64,000 nucleotides of DNA. Origin: Octopus sinensis (lineage: Eukaryota). Positions 11,343 through 23,400 of the stretch are shown piece by piece. The first letter of the stretch is position 1. Every line of letters starts with the position of its first letter. A program made the position numbers and the translations under genes. Where the stretch lies: contig NC_043011.1 of assembly GCF_006345805.1 (NCBI RefSeq), positions 57,238,464-57,302,463 on the forward strand. Direction: 5' to 3'. Under the pieces are notes generated by a model. That model searched no databases. It saw only the letters and a program-made list of their open reading frames with translations, and had not been told where the DNA came from.

Positions 11343-12224
11343 ATGCTCAAGATCTTTGGCATTATGTCATGCTTGAGAAGAAAACCTATCAAGCCAAGCA
11401 AAATTGCAGTTGTGGCAGATACTGGTGTAATGCAAATGGCATGTAAAAGCACCCATTACACTCTTGGAGTGGCTGACATTAGGAAGGGCATTCAACCATA
11501 GAAAAGTATGCCAAATCAGACTGGAGTCTGGTGAAGCCTCCTAGCTTGCCAGCCCTGGTCTAACTGTCCATCCCAGGCTAGCATAGACAACAGACAGTAA
11601 ATGATGATGATGATGATTGCCATGCAAAAAGCACCCAGTACACTCTAATGTGGTTGATGCTAGGAATGGCCTCCAGCTATAGAAATCATGCCATTCACAG
11701 ACAACTGGAGCCTTGTGTGGCTTCCAGCCTTACCAGCTCCTCCCAAGTTATCCAACCCATTGGCAGCATCGAAAACAGACATTGAATGACAATGATGAAG
11801 ATGATAATTATATTTTTGGTGTGTGATCCTTGTCAAACATTTCAAATGTTTATTTTTCATATTTCTTGGCAGCAAAAATATATTTGTAAGTTTGATTTGA
11901 AGTTCTATGTTAAACCAGTAATCTCTCAAATCAACATCTAACGTCCACTTTTTCATGCTGGCATGGGTTAGGGTTAGGCAGATTTCGTATGGCTGGATGC
12001 CCTTGCTGTTGCCAACCCTTGCTTGTTTAGAAGCAAGCTAATGTTTTCTAAGGCTAGACATGTTTTCTACAGAAAGCTGAAAACGAGACAGCCATCATGT
12101 GATGTCAAGACACACAAACACAGCTTCAGCCACAGTCTTGGATCAACCAAATCCTTGTGAGTGGATTTGACAGACAGAAGCCCTTTCTGTATTTATGTTC
12201 ATTTAATCATGGATGGACTTAATC

Positions 12225-12750
12225 ACTTGATCTTACTTGTACTTGTGGCGACATTCACCCAGGGCGGGTTGAGTTGGCTTCTTTTACCACCCTCGAGGCA
12301 TCTCGAACCATGGCAGCCCACGCACGACGGTCCTGCGCCAGTTCACTGGAGATAGCGAGCCAGTCACGGTTCCATCGGCGCAGGCCGACCACCTGCGGTC
12401 CTGTGAGCACGTTAATGCCAGTTGGAAAGTGGAGTTGGGAGAAGGACATCACGGCTCAGTTCGCCCACCGGACGCCTACATCCCCTCCTCACCGTGGTGG
12501 GGACGCTGACAACGGGTAGTGTCAGAGCTATGCCGTCGGGAACTTCGGTTCCTGGTAGGGCTACCCAAGGCGGATTGGTCTGACATCAAGTGGTATTAGG
12601 GCCACAACCCGGCAGACGGGGCTCTAGTGAAAATGCTCGGAGTGTCTGTTTCGGCAACTGATGGCTCCTCGGTCATTCTGTCCCTGCATCTGCTGACAAT
12701 CTGCGGCAAACAGGATGTCTCTACATGCGGGATTGTTGGGGACCACTTGT
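12225..12750 (-). mobile_element. Internally deleted RTE-clade LINE derivative
   Basis: The - strand encodes TGPQVVGLRRWNRDWLAISSELAQDRRAWAAMVRDA...RPG*, an RTE ORF C-terminus, followed by a CAAGTA-repeat tail. It is joined directly to a GC-rich non-coding segment resembling a 5' UTR. Confidence 0.75.
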
Positions 12751-13042
12751 GAAATCCACATATTTCCACGAAACTTCTAATCACTTGATAAATGCAGACC
12801 AATCAAATGACTGACAAAATGGTCAGGTTGATGTGATTGACTCAAAATACCTTGAATTTGGTGCCTCAGCAAGAAGCAGACCAAACTCTGGAACAAATAA
12901 AAGAGTGTTTTTCTTTTTCTTTTTTTTAAGACCTGTTATAAAAGAAAACAAGACAAACACCTTCAATGTTTGTGTTTGAAATTTCTGTTTATTTCTCATT
13001 TATCTGATGTATATTATAATCTTAACGTATTTTATATTCTAG

Positions 13043-13155
13043 GAGCAATTGCTGGTGCTATGATAACCTTACCTGGCCGTTCTGTGTCTCGTGAAAGCTT
13101 TATGGAAAACAATACTTTACCAGACTGGTGTAAGCTTCTGGAGAAAACCGAGTAA
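13043..13155 (+). CDS. ACTR10: ACTR10 terminal coding exon
   Basis: Acceptor tatattctag. Encodes GAIAGAMITLPGRSVSRESFMENNTLPDWCKLLEKTE then TAA, similar to [20 protein letters not shown]. The ten exons sum to 949 nt = 1 + 316 codons, with no internal stop. Confidence 0.95.
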
Positions 13156-13499
13156 CTCTTTCAACAGAAACTAGACTTCTTTCTGGCTGTTGTCTTTCTG
13201 TCATAATGTCAATATAGAACAATGAAAAATGCTTTCATTAGCAACAACAACTCATAACAGCATGGGGAACAACAACAATAACAAAACCCTTTAAACATAA
13301 AAGAGTATGAAATGCTTGGCAGTTTATTTCTACTGGCAACATTTAGTCTTATGTTATTACTATAAAGGCCCAACTTTATTTATTTTTTTTTGTTCTGTGA
13401 ATGCTTCCTGGGTTGGTAGGTGGGGCTGGGTCCTCCTGCTTATAATTATTTTGAAGGGATTATTGTCTTGGTAAACATAAATCGTTTAACTGTTGAACA

Positions 13500-13505
13500 A
13501 ATAAA
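13500..13505 (+). promoter_or_regulatory. Possible ACTR10 polyadenylation signal
   Basis: AATAAA about 345 nt after the stop codon, followed by T/GT-rich sequence. Confidence 0.35.
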
Positions 13506-13559
13506 TCCTATGGCTACATGTAGCGGATAATCTTTATCCTCTTTGTACATTTACAAAGG

Positions 13560-14150
13560 TGTGCTCTTATATAAGTGTGTGCATAATACATACATACACA
13601 CATACACACATATATATATATATATGCTGTGTGCATGTAATAAATATCTGTGTGTGTATATATATATATATGCTGTGTGTGTGTAATAAATATGTGTGTG
13701 TATGTATGTATGTATGTATGTATGATGTATATACATATATATATGTATGTATATATGATGTATATGTATGTATATGTGATGTATATATATATCTATGTAT
13801 ATATATGAAATATATATATGTATGTATGCATATATATGAAATATATATATATATATTATATATATATGCTGTGTGCATGTAATAAATATCTGTGTGTGTA
13901 TATATATATATATGCTGTGTGTGTGTAATAAATATGTGTGTGTATGTATGTATGTATGTATGTATGATGTATATACATATATATATGTATGTATATATGA
14001 TGTATATGTATGTATATGTGATGTATATATATATCTATGTATATATATGAAATATATATATGTATGTATGCATATATATGAAATATATATATATATATAT
14101 ATGTAGATGGCATGTGAAGAGAGAGTGTGTGTGTGTGGTGTGTGTGTGTA
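13560..14150. repeat. Compound (TA)/(TG)/(TATG) microsatellite with an internal tandem duplication of about 243 bp
   Basis: tgctgtgtgcatgtaataaatatctg occurs at about 13625 and 13868. Confidence 0.9.
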
Positions 14151-14929
14151 TGACAATCCAGGGTTGTGTAATCTAGGTTTACAAAAGTTCACAGTGATGA
14201 TAATATTTTTGTGATTTCATTTCACCCTTGAATATAAACATGAAATGTCCTTGGTTTCTGTTTAAGTAATTCCGTTGCTTTCAAATGCTCTTTGTTACTC
14301 AATTCTGCTTATTTATTTCTTGCCTCTATTCCCCCCCACATTCCCTTCCACCTTCAGCCTACAAAGCTTCTTTTAACCTTCATCTTGTTAACTCAATGGT
14401 TATATGAACAACAGTTATGATGCTAAAATTCCAAATTGTTTTCAAACCATTTCTGCAGCTACAGTGAATACTTCAACGAGGAAGCCACTACAAGGTTGTT
14501 CAGTCTGTAAGAAATTGCAGCTAAATCTTCCTCAAATTGCGACCAAACATCTTAAAAATATAAAATGAAGAAAAATATGTTTATATTGGTTAATGTGGTC
14601 TGAACAAATAAATATACTCTGTTATATGTATTGAGTACTCTTTGTCCTATTTATCTATTTACAAAGATGTGTGTGTTTGTATAGGTGTTGATTGGGACTT
14701 TTTTTCATCTGACAGCTTATTTCTCAGCTTGACTTATTCAGTAACTCATCGGGTGAAGAGGTCTAAGTCAACACATTTAGAAAATTCAGGCCTTGTGCCT
14801 AGAATAGAAAAGAATAAATTTGACTCTACTCCCAGTATTGTCCCTCATGTCAGTAAATATTTATTAAACTTGCTTTAAAATAATGAGTTTGTACATGCGT
14901 ATGTGTGTGTGTGTGTATATACATACATA

Positions 14930-15153
14930 CAGTAATCCCTCGACTATCGCGAGTGTTCTTTCAAAACTCCTCTGCGATAGGTGAAAATCTGCAAAGTAGA
15001 AACAGTACTGTACTGTATATTTTTTTTTATTATTTTTATAATTTCTATATATTTATTCTGTTATAAATGCAAAACAACACAATGGAGGAATCGACGTAAA
15101 CTTAAATAATAAAACGTGAAAAGGTGAACTGCAATATGGCGTGGGGATTACTT
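14930..15153. mobile_element. MITE with CAGTAATCCC...GGGATTACT TIRs
   Basis: TA|cagtaatccctcg at the left end and gtggggattact at the right end; no coding capacity. Confidence 0.65.
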
Positions 15154-15322
15154 TTACAATTAAAGTTTCAATTTAAAATTTAAACGTTGCATATTGGGTA
15201 TGTCTTTAGTAGTATGTCAACAGAAGCATGTTCACTACCTATGGTTACCTGGCATCATCCACAGTAATTGCACAGTCGTTACTGAGTTTATGTTAGGAAT
15301 TCCTCGGTGTGTGTTGAATACA

Positions 15323-15561
15323 GTAGAAACAATGGCCACCGAAGATGGAGCATACAGGAAACTTTATTTATCACGACGTCTGTTTCGAGACATCCTGCAT
15401 CGTTCCCTCAGGGATAGGAAACTATGCTTTGACTCCTTGTGGGGTGCATCGTAATTGTATAGTTTCCCATCTGCAAGGGAGCAATGGAGGATGTTTCGAA
15501 ACAATTGTTGTGATAAATGAAGTTTCCAGTATACTCTATGTTGCATATCCAATGTTTCTAC
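15323..15561. repeat. Imperfect inverted repeat with degenerate hammerhead remnants
   Basis: Arms of about 105 bp (gtagaaacaatgg...ggaaactatgc / gtatagtttccc...ccaatgtttctac) with a spacer of about 30 nt. GAAA-CAATTG-TT-GTGAT on + and GAAA-CAGACG-TC-GTGAT on -. Confidence 0.75.
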
Positions 15562-16009
15562 GATATACATATTATATAAAATCATGAAAAAACAAGAGAA
15601 ATATGATAAAATTTATTTTACCATTAGAAATACTTATAATATATTTCTTGTTATTTATAGTTTTATAAATCGTGCTGAATCTCCCCGAGAAATATGTTAA
15701 GGGTACACGTGTCTGTGGAATGCTCAGCCACTTGCTCGTTAATTTCATGAACAGGCTATTCTGTTGACTGGATGAGCTGGAACCCTCGTCGTTGTAACTG
15801 ACAGAGTGCCATAGTAAACTGAAGGATAACTTCAAGCATTGTAATATTGGCCTCAACTCTTGGGAAAACCTTGCCGAAAAAAGCAAAACAAATGGGGAAT
15901 TATTGTTTTAAAATGGTTCTAAGTGAGCAGAAAGGAAATGTGAGAGAGAGGGGGAAGCAAGAAACCAGAAAGAAAGTGGGGAATAAAAGATAGAGTAAGA
16001 GTCTCTTTT

Positions 16010-16365
16010 ACTTGTTTCAGTCATTTAACTGTGGCCATGCTGGAGCACCGCCTTTAGTTGAGCAATTCAACCCCAGGACTTATTCTTTGTAAGCCTAGTA
16101 CTTATTCTATCAGTGTCTTTTGCTGAACCGTTAGGTTACTGGGATGTAAACACAGCCAGCAATGTTGGGGGGGGGGGCAAACACAGACACGTGCACACAT
16201 ACATATATACGACGGGCTTCTTTTAGTTTCCGTCTACCAAGTCCACTCACAAGGCTTTGGTCGGTCCAAGGCTATAGTAGAAGACACTTGCCCAAGGTGC
16301 CATGCAGTGGGACTGAACCCGGAACCATGTGGTTGGTAAGGAAGCTACTTACCACACAGCCCCTC
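16010..16365 (-). mobile_element. tRNA-derived SINE (second family), near full length
   Basis: Reverse complement begins ggctgtgtggtaagtagcttccttaccaaccacatggttccgggttcagtccc (A/B-box-like head). Confidence 0.8.
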
Positions 16366-17144
16366 CAAAATCTGAAGAGGCATTGAAAATGTTCTGTTTC
16401 AAATGATTTTGATTTTGGTGATTTTAGTTTTGTAACATGCAGCAAAGCAGGGTTTGTTTCCTATTTCAGTCAGAACCATAAAGTGTCTTTTACATCCTGG
16501 CCAATGCTCAGCTGATGATCAAAGCAAAGATCCCAAGTTGTGGAAACCTCATCTGATGTTTATGACAGGAAAGTCCATTGTATAGTTTGGTATTAACTGT
16601 ATCTCAGTACAGCATGTAACTAGGAACAGGTGTGGCAGTGTGGTAAGAAGTTTGCTTCTCAACCACATGGTTCCAGGTTCAGTCCCACTGCATGGCACCT
16701 TGGGAAAGTGTCTTATACTATAGCCCCTGACAGACCAAAGCCTTGTGAGTGGATTTGGTTGATGGAAACTGAAAGAAGCTTGTTGTGTATATATGTGTGT
16801 CTGTGTTTGTCCCCCATCACTTCTTGACAACTGGTGTTATGTTCCTGTAACTTAGCAGTTTGACAAAAGAGACCAATAAATTTAGTACCAGCTTTAGAAA
16901 AAGCAATGCAAGTGGGATTTGTTTGACTAAAATTTCTTGACAGTTGTGCTCCACCATGGCCACAAAAGATTTATTTAAAGCTCCATACAATCTATAACAC
17001 TCCAAAGTTCATCCTGAAAGTGGGTTTGTGCTAAGGAATTTGTAATTCTGTGATGTAGAAGCTGTAATATCCATATAAGAAGCATAATGAATATTTCAAC
17101 TCCACATAAAGTTGTGTGAGTATTGTTAAACATTATCATAATCA

Positions 17145-17480
17145 TCATCATCATCGTTTAACGTCTGCTTTCCGCATGGGTTGGACGGTTTGACTAAGGA
17201 CTGGCAAGCCAGAAGGCTGCACCAGGCTCCAAACTGATCTGGCAAGGTTTCTACAGCTTGATGCCCTTCCTAATGCCAACCACTCTGAAAGTGTTGTGGG
17301 TGCTTTTTACGTGCCAACCAGCACAAGGCCAGTCAGGTAGTACTGGCATCAACCATGCTCAAATGATGCTTTTTACGTGTCACCGGCACAGGTGCTGGTG
17401 GTCATGCGGTACTGGCATCGGCCCTGACAATGGTTTCACTTGACTCGACAGGTCTTCTCAAGTGTAGTTCATTCAACAAT
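17145..17480 (-). mobile_element. SINE, same family
   Basis: (CAT)n tail followed by the same body as 2684-2940. Confidence 0.8.
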
Positions 17481-17694
17481 GTTTATTCGACAATGGTTTC
17501 AATCCTAGATCATCTTTCATCTTGCAGGATTATGCTCAAAGGAGGTATTTCCTATATCACCTCATGCAGACATTTGAGTACAATACAGTGTGTGTGCATA
17601 ATGATTATATAAATTATATAAAGTATAGGTATGGCTGTGCGGTAAGAATTTTCTAGCAAATCCTTGTAATAAGGTAGATATATTTAATAATACA

Positions 17695-17970
17695 CTGTTG
17701 TGTCTGGGGAGAGTCATTTTCTTTTTGTGCCTTATTATGTAACAGACTCACCGGTAAAATTTCCACTTTCTTCTTATTTTTATTTTCCTAAAATTTTTGT
17801 TGCGTCTTGCAAACTTTTCAATAATTTTGAGAGTCAAAACTATTGAAAAGGTTGCAAGACGCAACGAAAATTTTAGGAAAATAAAAATATGAAAAAAAGT
17901 GGAAATTTTACCGGTGAGTGTGTTATAATTATAAAGCACAAAAAGAAAATGACTCTCCCCAGACACAACA
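17695..17970. repeat. Palindromic interspersed repeat (about 130-bp arms)
   Basis: ctgttgtgtctggggagagtcattttc...aaacttttcaata mirrored by tattgaaaaggttgc...gactctccccagacacaacag. One-armed relatives at 31260-31510 and 31660-31700. Confidence 0.85.
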
Positions 17971-18670
17971 GAATATGCTTCAACACACGAACTCACATAA
18001 AGAATCTTGCAAACCAAATCCAAAAACGAAATTATAAATATCTTTCGTCAGGAAATCGATTGAAGAAGAGACTGAAATTTAAATAATTGAATACTTCAAG
18101 AAGGAAATGTGCTCAGCAAATTATCATAAAATTAAGTCAAAAATATAATTACTGTAGTTTCCGGTTTAAAAAGAAGTGATGAGCGCTGATTAGGTAATTA
18201 ACGTAATTAGTAAAATATGTGGGGGACATGGAAGGGGAAATGAAATTAACAGATTCTGAAGTTCACCAACTGTTCTTCATTCCAAATTAAAGTTACTGGT
18301 TGTTGAGTTAAGAAGCTCACTTTTTCAGCCCCACGGTTTTAGGTTGGGGGCCGCTGTGCAGTGCCCTGGGCCGATTAATGTCCTTTGAGCGGATTTGGTA
18401 GACGAAAACTGTGAGGAAGCCCGTTGTATGTATGTGTGTGTGTATGTTATGTTTGTCCCCTACCACTGCTTGACAATGGCTGTTCGTTTGTTTATGTCCC
18501 TGTAACGGGGCTAATGCAGAGTTTCGCACCTCTCCTTGAAAAATGCATTTTGGATTTTTTTTTTGTGATTCCTACGTTTAAGATGTTGGAGATTACGAAT
18601 ATACAAAAAAATTTTTTACCACCCCCACTAAAATTTTGAACTTTTCGAAATTTTTTTCCCCTTATGTTTT

Positions 18671-19413
18671 ATAATATATAATAATAATGAAATTATTGTA
18701 TACAGTGCTCAGGTGCACCGCAACTTGTCAGAGTATATGCAGTAATGTACAAATGTCTGGAAAGCGAACAATGCATGAGTCAGATACATGCTTGTGTGTG
18801 TATGGAGGAGGAGAAAATCAGGTGTAGTGTTGGCGAATCTCAGAAAGCATGGAAGTTTTGAAGGATGCAGTGCTCCGACAACTAACAACTGATGCCGGCA
18901 GTTTGTTCCATGCTTCAGCTACTCTTAGCGTGAAAAAATGTTTCCGAAAGTCATGAGAGCTGTGCTGTTTTCTGACTTTGTAAACATGTCCACGGGTGTT
19001 AGACAGGTGGAGTTTGAAAAGGTGCTCAGAGTTATTGTTTGTAAGATGGTTGATAATTTTATGGGTGTCTGCCAAGTCAGCTGCCAGACGTCGGAGTTTC
19101 AATGTGTCCATGCCCAGGGAAGAAATAAGGTGTTCAGAATATGGCAAATGCCTGATGGAGGGTATTCTTTTGGTTGCACGTCGCTGAACGGCTTCCAGAC
19201 GATTGATGTCCTGGGCAAGATAGGGGTTCCAGACCGGTGATGCAAATTCCAGGTGAGGTCTTACCATAGCTATATAAAGCCGCAGATAGATAGTCGGAGA
19301 GCGGCTCACAAAGGATTTGGTGAGTGATGCCAAGACACCCTCAGCCTTCTTGACAATTTTAGCGATGTGTTTTGTCCAACGCAAATCACTGTCGACAATA
19401 ACACCCAGGTCTC
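18671..19413 (-). mobile_element. 5'-truncated CR1/L2-like LINE (RT C-terminal region and 3' UTR)
   Basis: Encodes RDLGVIVD...WTKHIAKIV...VRPHLEFASPVWNPY...LEAVQRRATK...RRLAADL...TRGH...FFTLRVAEAWNKLP; ATT-rich tail. Confidence 0.93.
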
Positions 19414-20474
19414 CGAATATTTAAGAAACCACGTTTTCAAAATTTTAAATTCAATAAGCTTATAGATATGTGTACAAAGAGCTAGATATGAATGTCTTCC
19501 TGGGGCTAAAAACAACAGTAACACCGTCTTCTATAGGAGACCGCCACATTTAGTTGCCAAATATATTTTATGAATAAACGGACAGGGTTAAAAAAGATAG
19601 ACAGATAAATAAATGGATGAAAGAGTTCAAAATTTAAAATTAAGGTAGGGGGTAAAAATCGGGCCCCTTATTAAACTTTATAACATTAATCATTAATGTT
19701 TGTTTCTCATAAAAGGGTATTTAATTTACTTTAAATTCTTATTTGCACAAGTAAAACGCAAATTCTCTTCACTTTAATGTTTTTGTCTGGATTTAATTTC
19801 GGTTTACATGTTTCGTCAATTCGCTCAGATCTCTTTAAAGTAAACAAAATCAAAAATTTAAATTCTGAGGGACGAAATTCAAAATTTTTTTTCATATTCA
19901 TAATTTCCGACATCTAAAACATAGGAATCCGAAAAAAATTTTCCAAACAAACTGCATTTTTCAAGGAGAGATGCAAAACGGCATTAGTCCCACTGTAATT
20001 TAGCAGTTCGGCAAAGGACACCGATAGAATAAGTATCAAACTTATATCAAAATAAATACTGGGGTCAGTTTGTTCGAATAAACACTACAAGGTGATGCAC
20101 CAGCATGGCCGCAGTCCAATAACATTGGCCTGTCTGCTAGATCTGATAAGTTTGTATTCAGAACACAAAGGAGCGGAACAAATACTGCAACAGTTTTTGT
20201 CTAATGTTCGGACAATTCCACCAATTCGTCGTCCCTGGACTGGTTCTATGATTTATCAACACCCAGAAGTGAAAAAGGCAGGGCTGAAAAGGGCGGCATT
20301 TGAACTTTGAAGATAAATTGCCGGATTAAATACCGAAAAGCATTTTATCCGATGTTCTGATAATTCCTTTAATCTATCACTATAGATTGATGTTTTGTTT
20401 TGTCGATTCCAGGGAGTATTAAATAAAAAATGGAAAACAAACTCGACATCAGCGGGATTTGAACGTAGCACTCA

Positions 20475-23400
20475 AGAGCCCCAGTAAATACCTATTTCTT
20501 TATTAACCACAAGGGGCTAAACACAGAGGGGACAAACAAGGACAGACAAAGGTATTCAGTCGATTACGTCGACCCCAATGCGTAACTGGTACTTATTTAA
20601 TCGACCCTGAAAGGATGAAAGGCAAAGTCGACCTCGGCGGAATTTGAACTCAGAACGTAACGGCAGACGAATAACCTATTTCTTTACTACCTTCAAGGGG
20701 CTAAACATAGAGGGCACAAACGGATTAAGTCGCTTACATCGACCCCAGTGCTTAATTGGTACTTAATTTATCGACCCCGAAAGGATGAAAGGCAAAGTCG
20801 ACCTCGGCGGAATTTGAACTCAGAACGTAACGGCAGACGAAAAACCTATTTCTTTACTACCTTCAAGGGGCTAAACATAGAGGGCACAAACGGATTAAGT
20901 CGCTTACATCGACCCCAGTGCTTAATTGGTACCTAATTTACCGACCCCGAAAGGATGAAAGGCAAAGTTGACGTCGGCGGAATTTGAACTCAGAACGAGG
21001 TCAATAGAGCCCCAGTAGATACCACAGAATATTGTCGTCTGCTACTTGAACGGTTCTGTCAGTCTGCCGCCATTCTCACTTCAGGATGTCGGCATTTTGC
21101 ATGTGCAAGGTTTGAGTTTAATAATTTGTGGAATAAGCACACTGTAGCAGAGAATTTATCGCCAGTTGAGGTGAATGGAAGCACGATAAATGAAATGCTT
21201 TGCCTACGAATGCAACACACCATTGAATCTGGGGTTCAAAACGACCACCTTACGAACCCCCGAGTCCAACATCACGACACACCTTGCCTCTTTACTTCGA
21301 ACTTGAGCCACAAAACCAAAAGGTATCTCTTACATTTTACCCTCACCTATCGCCATTCATACAATAAGCAGGAATCGGAAATTAGAATTTATCCAATTTT
21401 GTCGAGGTTTTTCCATTTCTTTCCCGTATCGCTCATTTCTAAACATTTGGTGGCTGGAGAAGTGAAATGGGGGTTCCTTCGAAAATCTTTTAAAAATTCC
21501 TGTTTTTAAGCATCTGCAAATGTGTTGGATGAAATAATATAATAATGAAATTATTGTATACAGTGCTCAGGTGCACCACAACTTGTCAGAAAGTGCATAT
21601 AAAGTACATGCAGTAATGTAGAAATGTCTGGGAAGTGAACAGTGTATGAGTCAGATACATGCTTGCGTGTATATGGAGGGGAGAAAATCAGGTGTACTGT
21701 TGGAGAATCTCAGGAAGCATGGAAGTTTTGAAGGATGCAGTGCTCCGACAACTAACAACTGATGCCGGCAATTTGTTCCATGCTTCAGCAACTCTTAGCG
21801 TGAAAAAATGTTTCCTGAAGTCATGGGAGCTGTGCTGTTTTCTGACTTTGTAAATATAACCTTAAGAACATCTTCATAATTTTGCGTGTTGCTTGACGAG
21901 AGAAGCACAAGACAGTGATTTTCTTTGTGAGTTTCGGCTGAAATATTCGTCTGCTTTAAAAATATCGAATGCCTCCATAAACAATGGAAGGTGTCCGGTT
22001 AATCTATACTTGCCATGTTTTGGCAATAAATAACTGAGTCAAATTTTTTGGTAATTTTACCAAAAAATTTAACTGTGACTTTTTTCCAGACACTCATTGT
22101 TCATCTCGAAATTACTGATGTAAAAATTTAATGAAATAACTAAAGAAGAGAAACAACAATTTGTTATAGTTTACCATTGATGTCGCAATTATTTGCGTCG
22201 ATGACCAACACGGACGAGTTTTTTCCATTAAGATATTCCAATTCACGGACAAGGAAATAATGACCACATCCTCAGAAAAGAGCACATTAAGATACCATCG
22301 ATCAGCTGTTGCCCTTCTGATCAGACTATCGATGTTTTTGGAGAAGAGTCTCCTATTACAAACTATTTTGTCAAACACCATAAGTGGATGTGTGAAAAAC
22401 TAAGTCGGAATTTTGAATGAAGTAAGCATAGGACGATAATTTCAGGAGATTAGAATGCAAAGGAAAACGTTTTTGATTGAAGAAAGCATAATGAGACCAG
22501 AGAAAACATCTTGTGTTCCGCTTTCTCAGTTCTTGCGGCAGATGGTTGTAGGGGCAAAGCAAAGGAAGGAGTCCTTACACAGGTGCCCGACCTGCCAGAA
22601 ATAGCAGCACCGATCTACTATATGTTTCTTTATTGCTCAGAAGGGGCTAAACACAGAGTGGACAAAGAAGGAGAGACAAATGGATTAAGTCGATTATATC
22701 GACCCCAGTGCATAACTGGTATTTATTTAATCGACCCCGAAAGGATGAAAGGCAAAGTCGACCTCGGCGGAATTTGAACTCAGAATGTAACGACAGACGA
22801 AACACCTATTTCTTTACTACCTTCAAGGGGCTAAACATAGAGGCCACAAACGGATTAAGTCGCTTACATCGACCCCAGTGCTTAATTGGTACCTAATTTA
22901 CCGACCCCGAAAGGATGAAAGGCAAAGTCGACGTCGGCGGAATTTGAACTCAGAACGAGGTCAATAGAGCCCCAGTAGATACCACAGAATATTGTCGTCT
23001 GCTACTTGAACGGTTCTGTCAGTCTGCCGCCATTCTCACTTCAGGATGTCGGCATTTTGCATGTGCAAGGTTTGAGTTTAATAATTTGTGGAATAAGCAC
23101 ATTGTAGCAGAGAATTTATCGCCAGTTGAGGTGAATGGAAGCACGATAAATGAAATGCTTTGCCTACGAATGCAACACACCATTGAATCTGGGGTTCAAA
23201 ACGACCACCTTACGAACCCCCGAGTCCAACATCACCACACAACTTGCCTCTTTACTTCGAACTTGAGCCACAAAACCAAAAGGTATCTCTTACATTTTAC
23301 CCTCACCTATCGCCATTCAGACAATAAACAGGATTCGGAAATTAAGATTTATCCAATTTTGTCGAGGTTTTTCCATTTCTTTCCCGTATCGCTCATTTCT

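Noticed and set aside
11054-11452. Repetitive ORFs on both strands (ELSHFASVRP / KVTEFLLS)
   Set aside because: Product of the 42-bp minisatellite in an intron; no splice or homology support.
13551-14192. Long ORFs rich in Y/I/H/T/C/V here and at 29290-29800, 30700-35000, 45900-46900, 48000-54540, 57543-58110 and 62600-63940
   Set aside because: Read-through of (TA), (TG), (TATG), (TCTA), (CTA) and (GCAC) microsatellites; not proteins.
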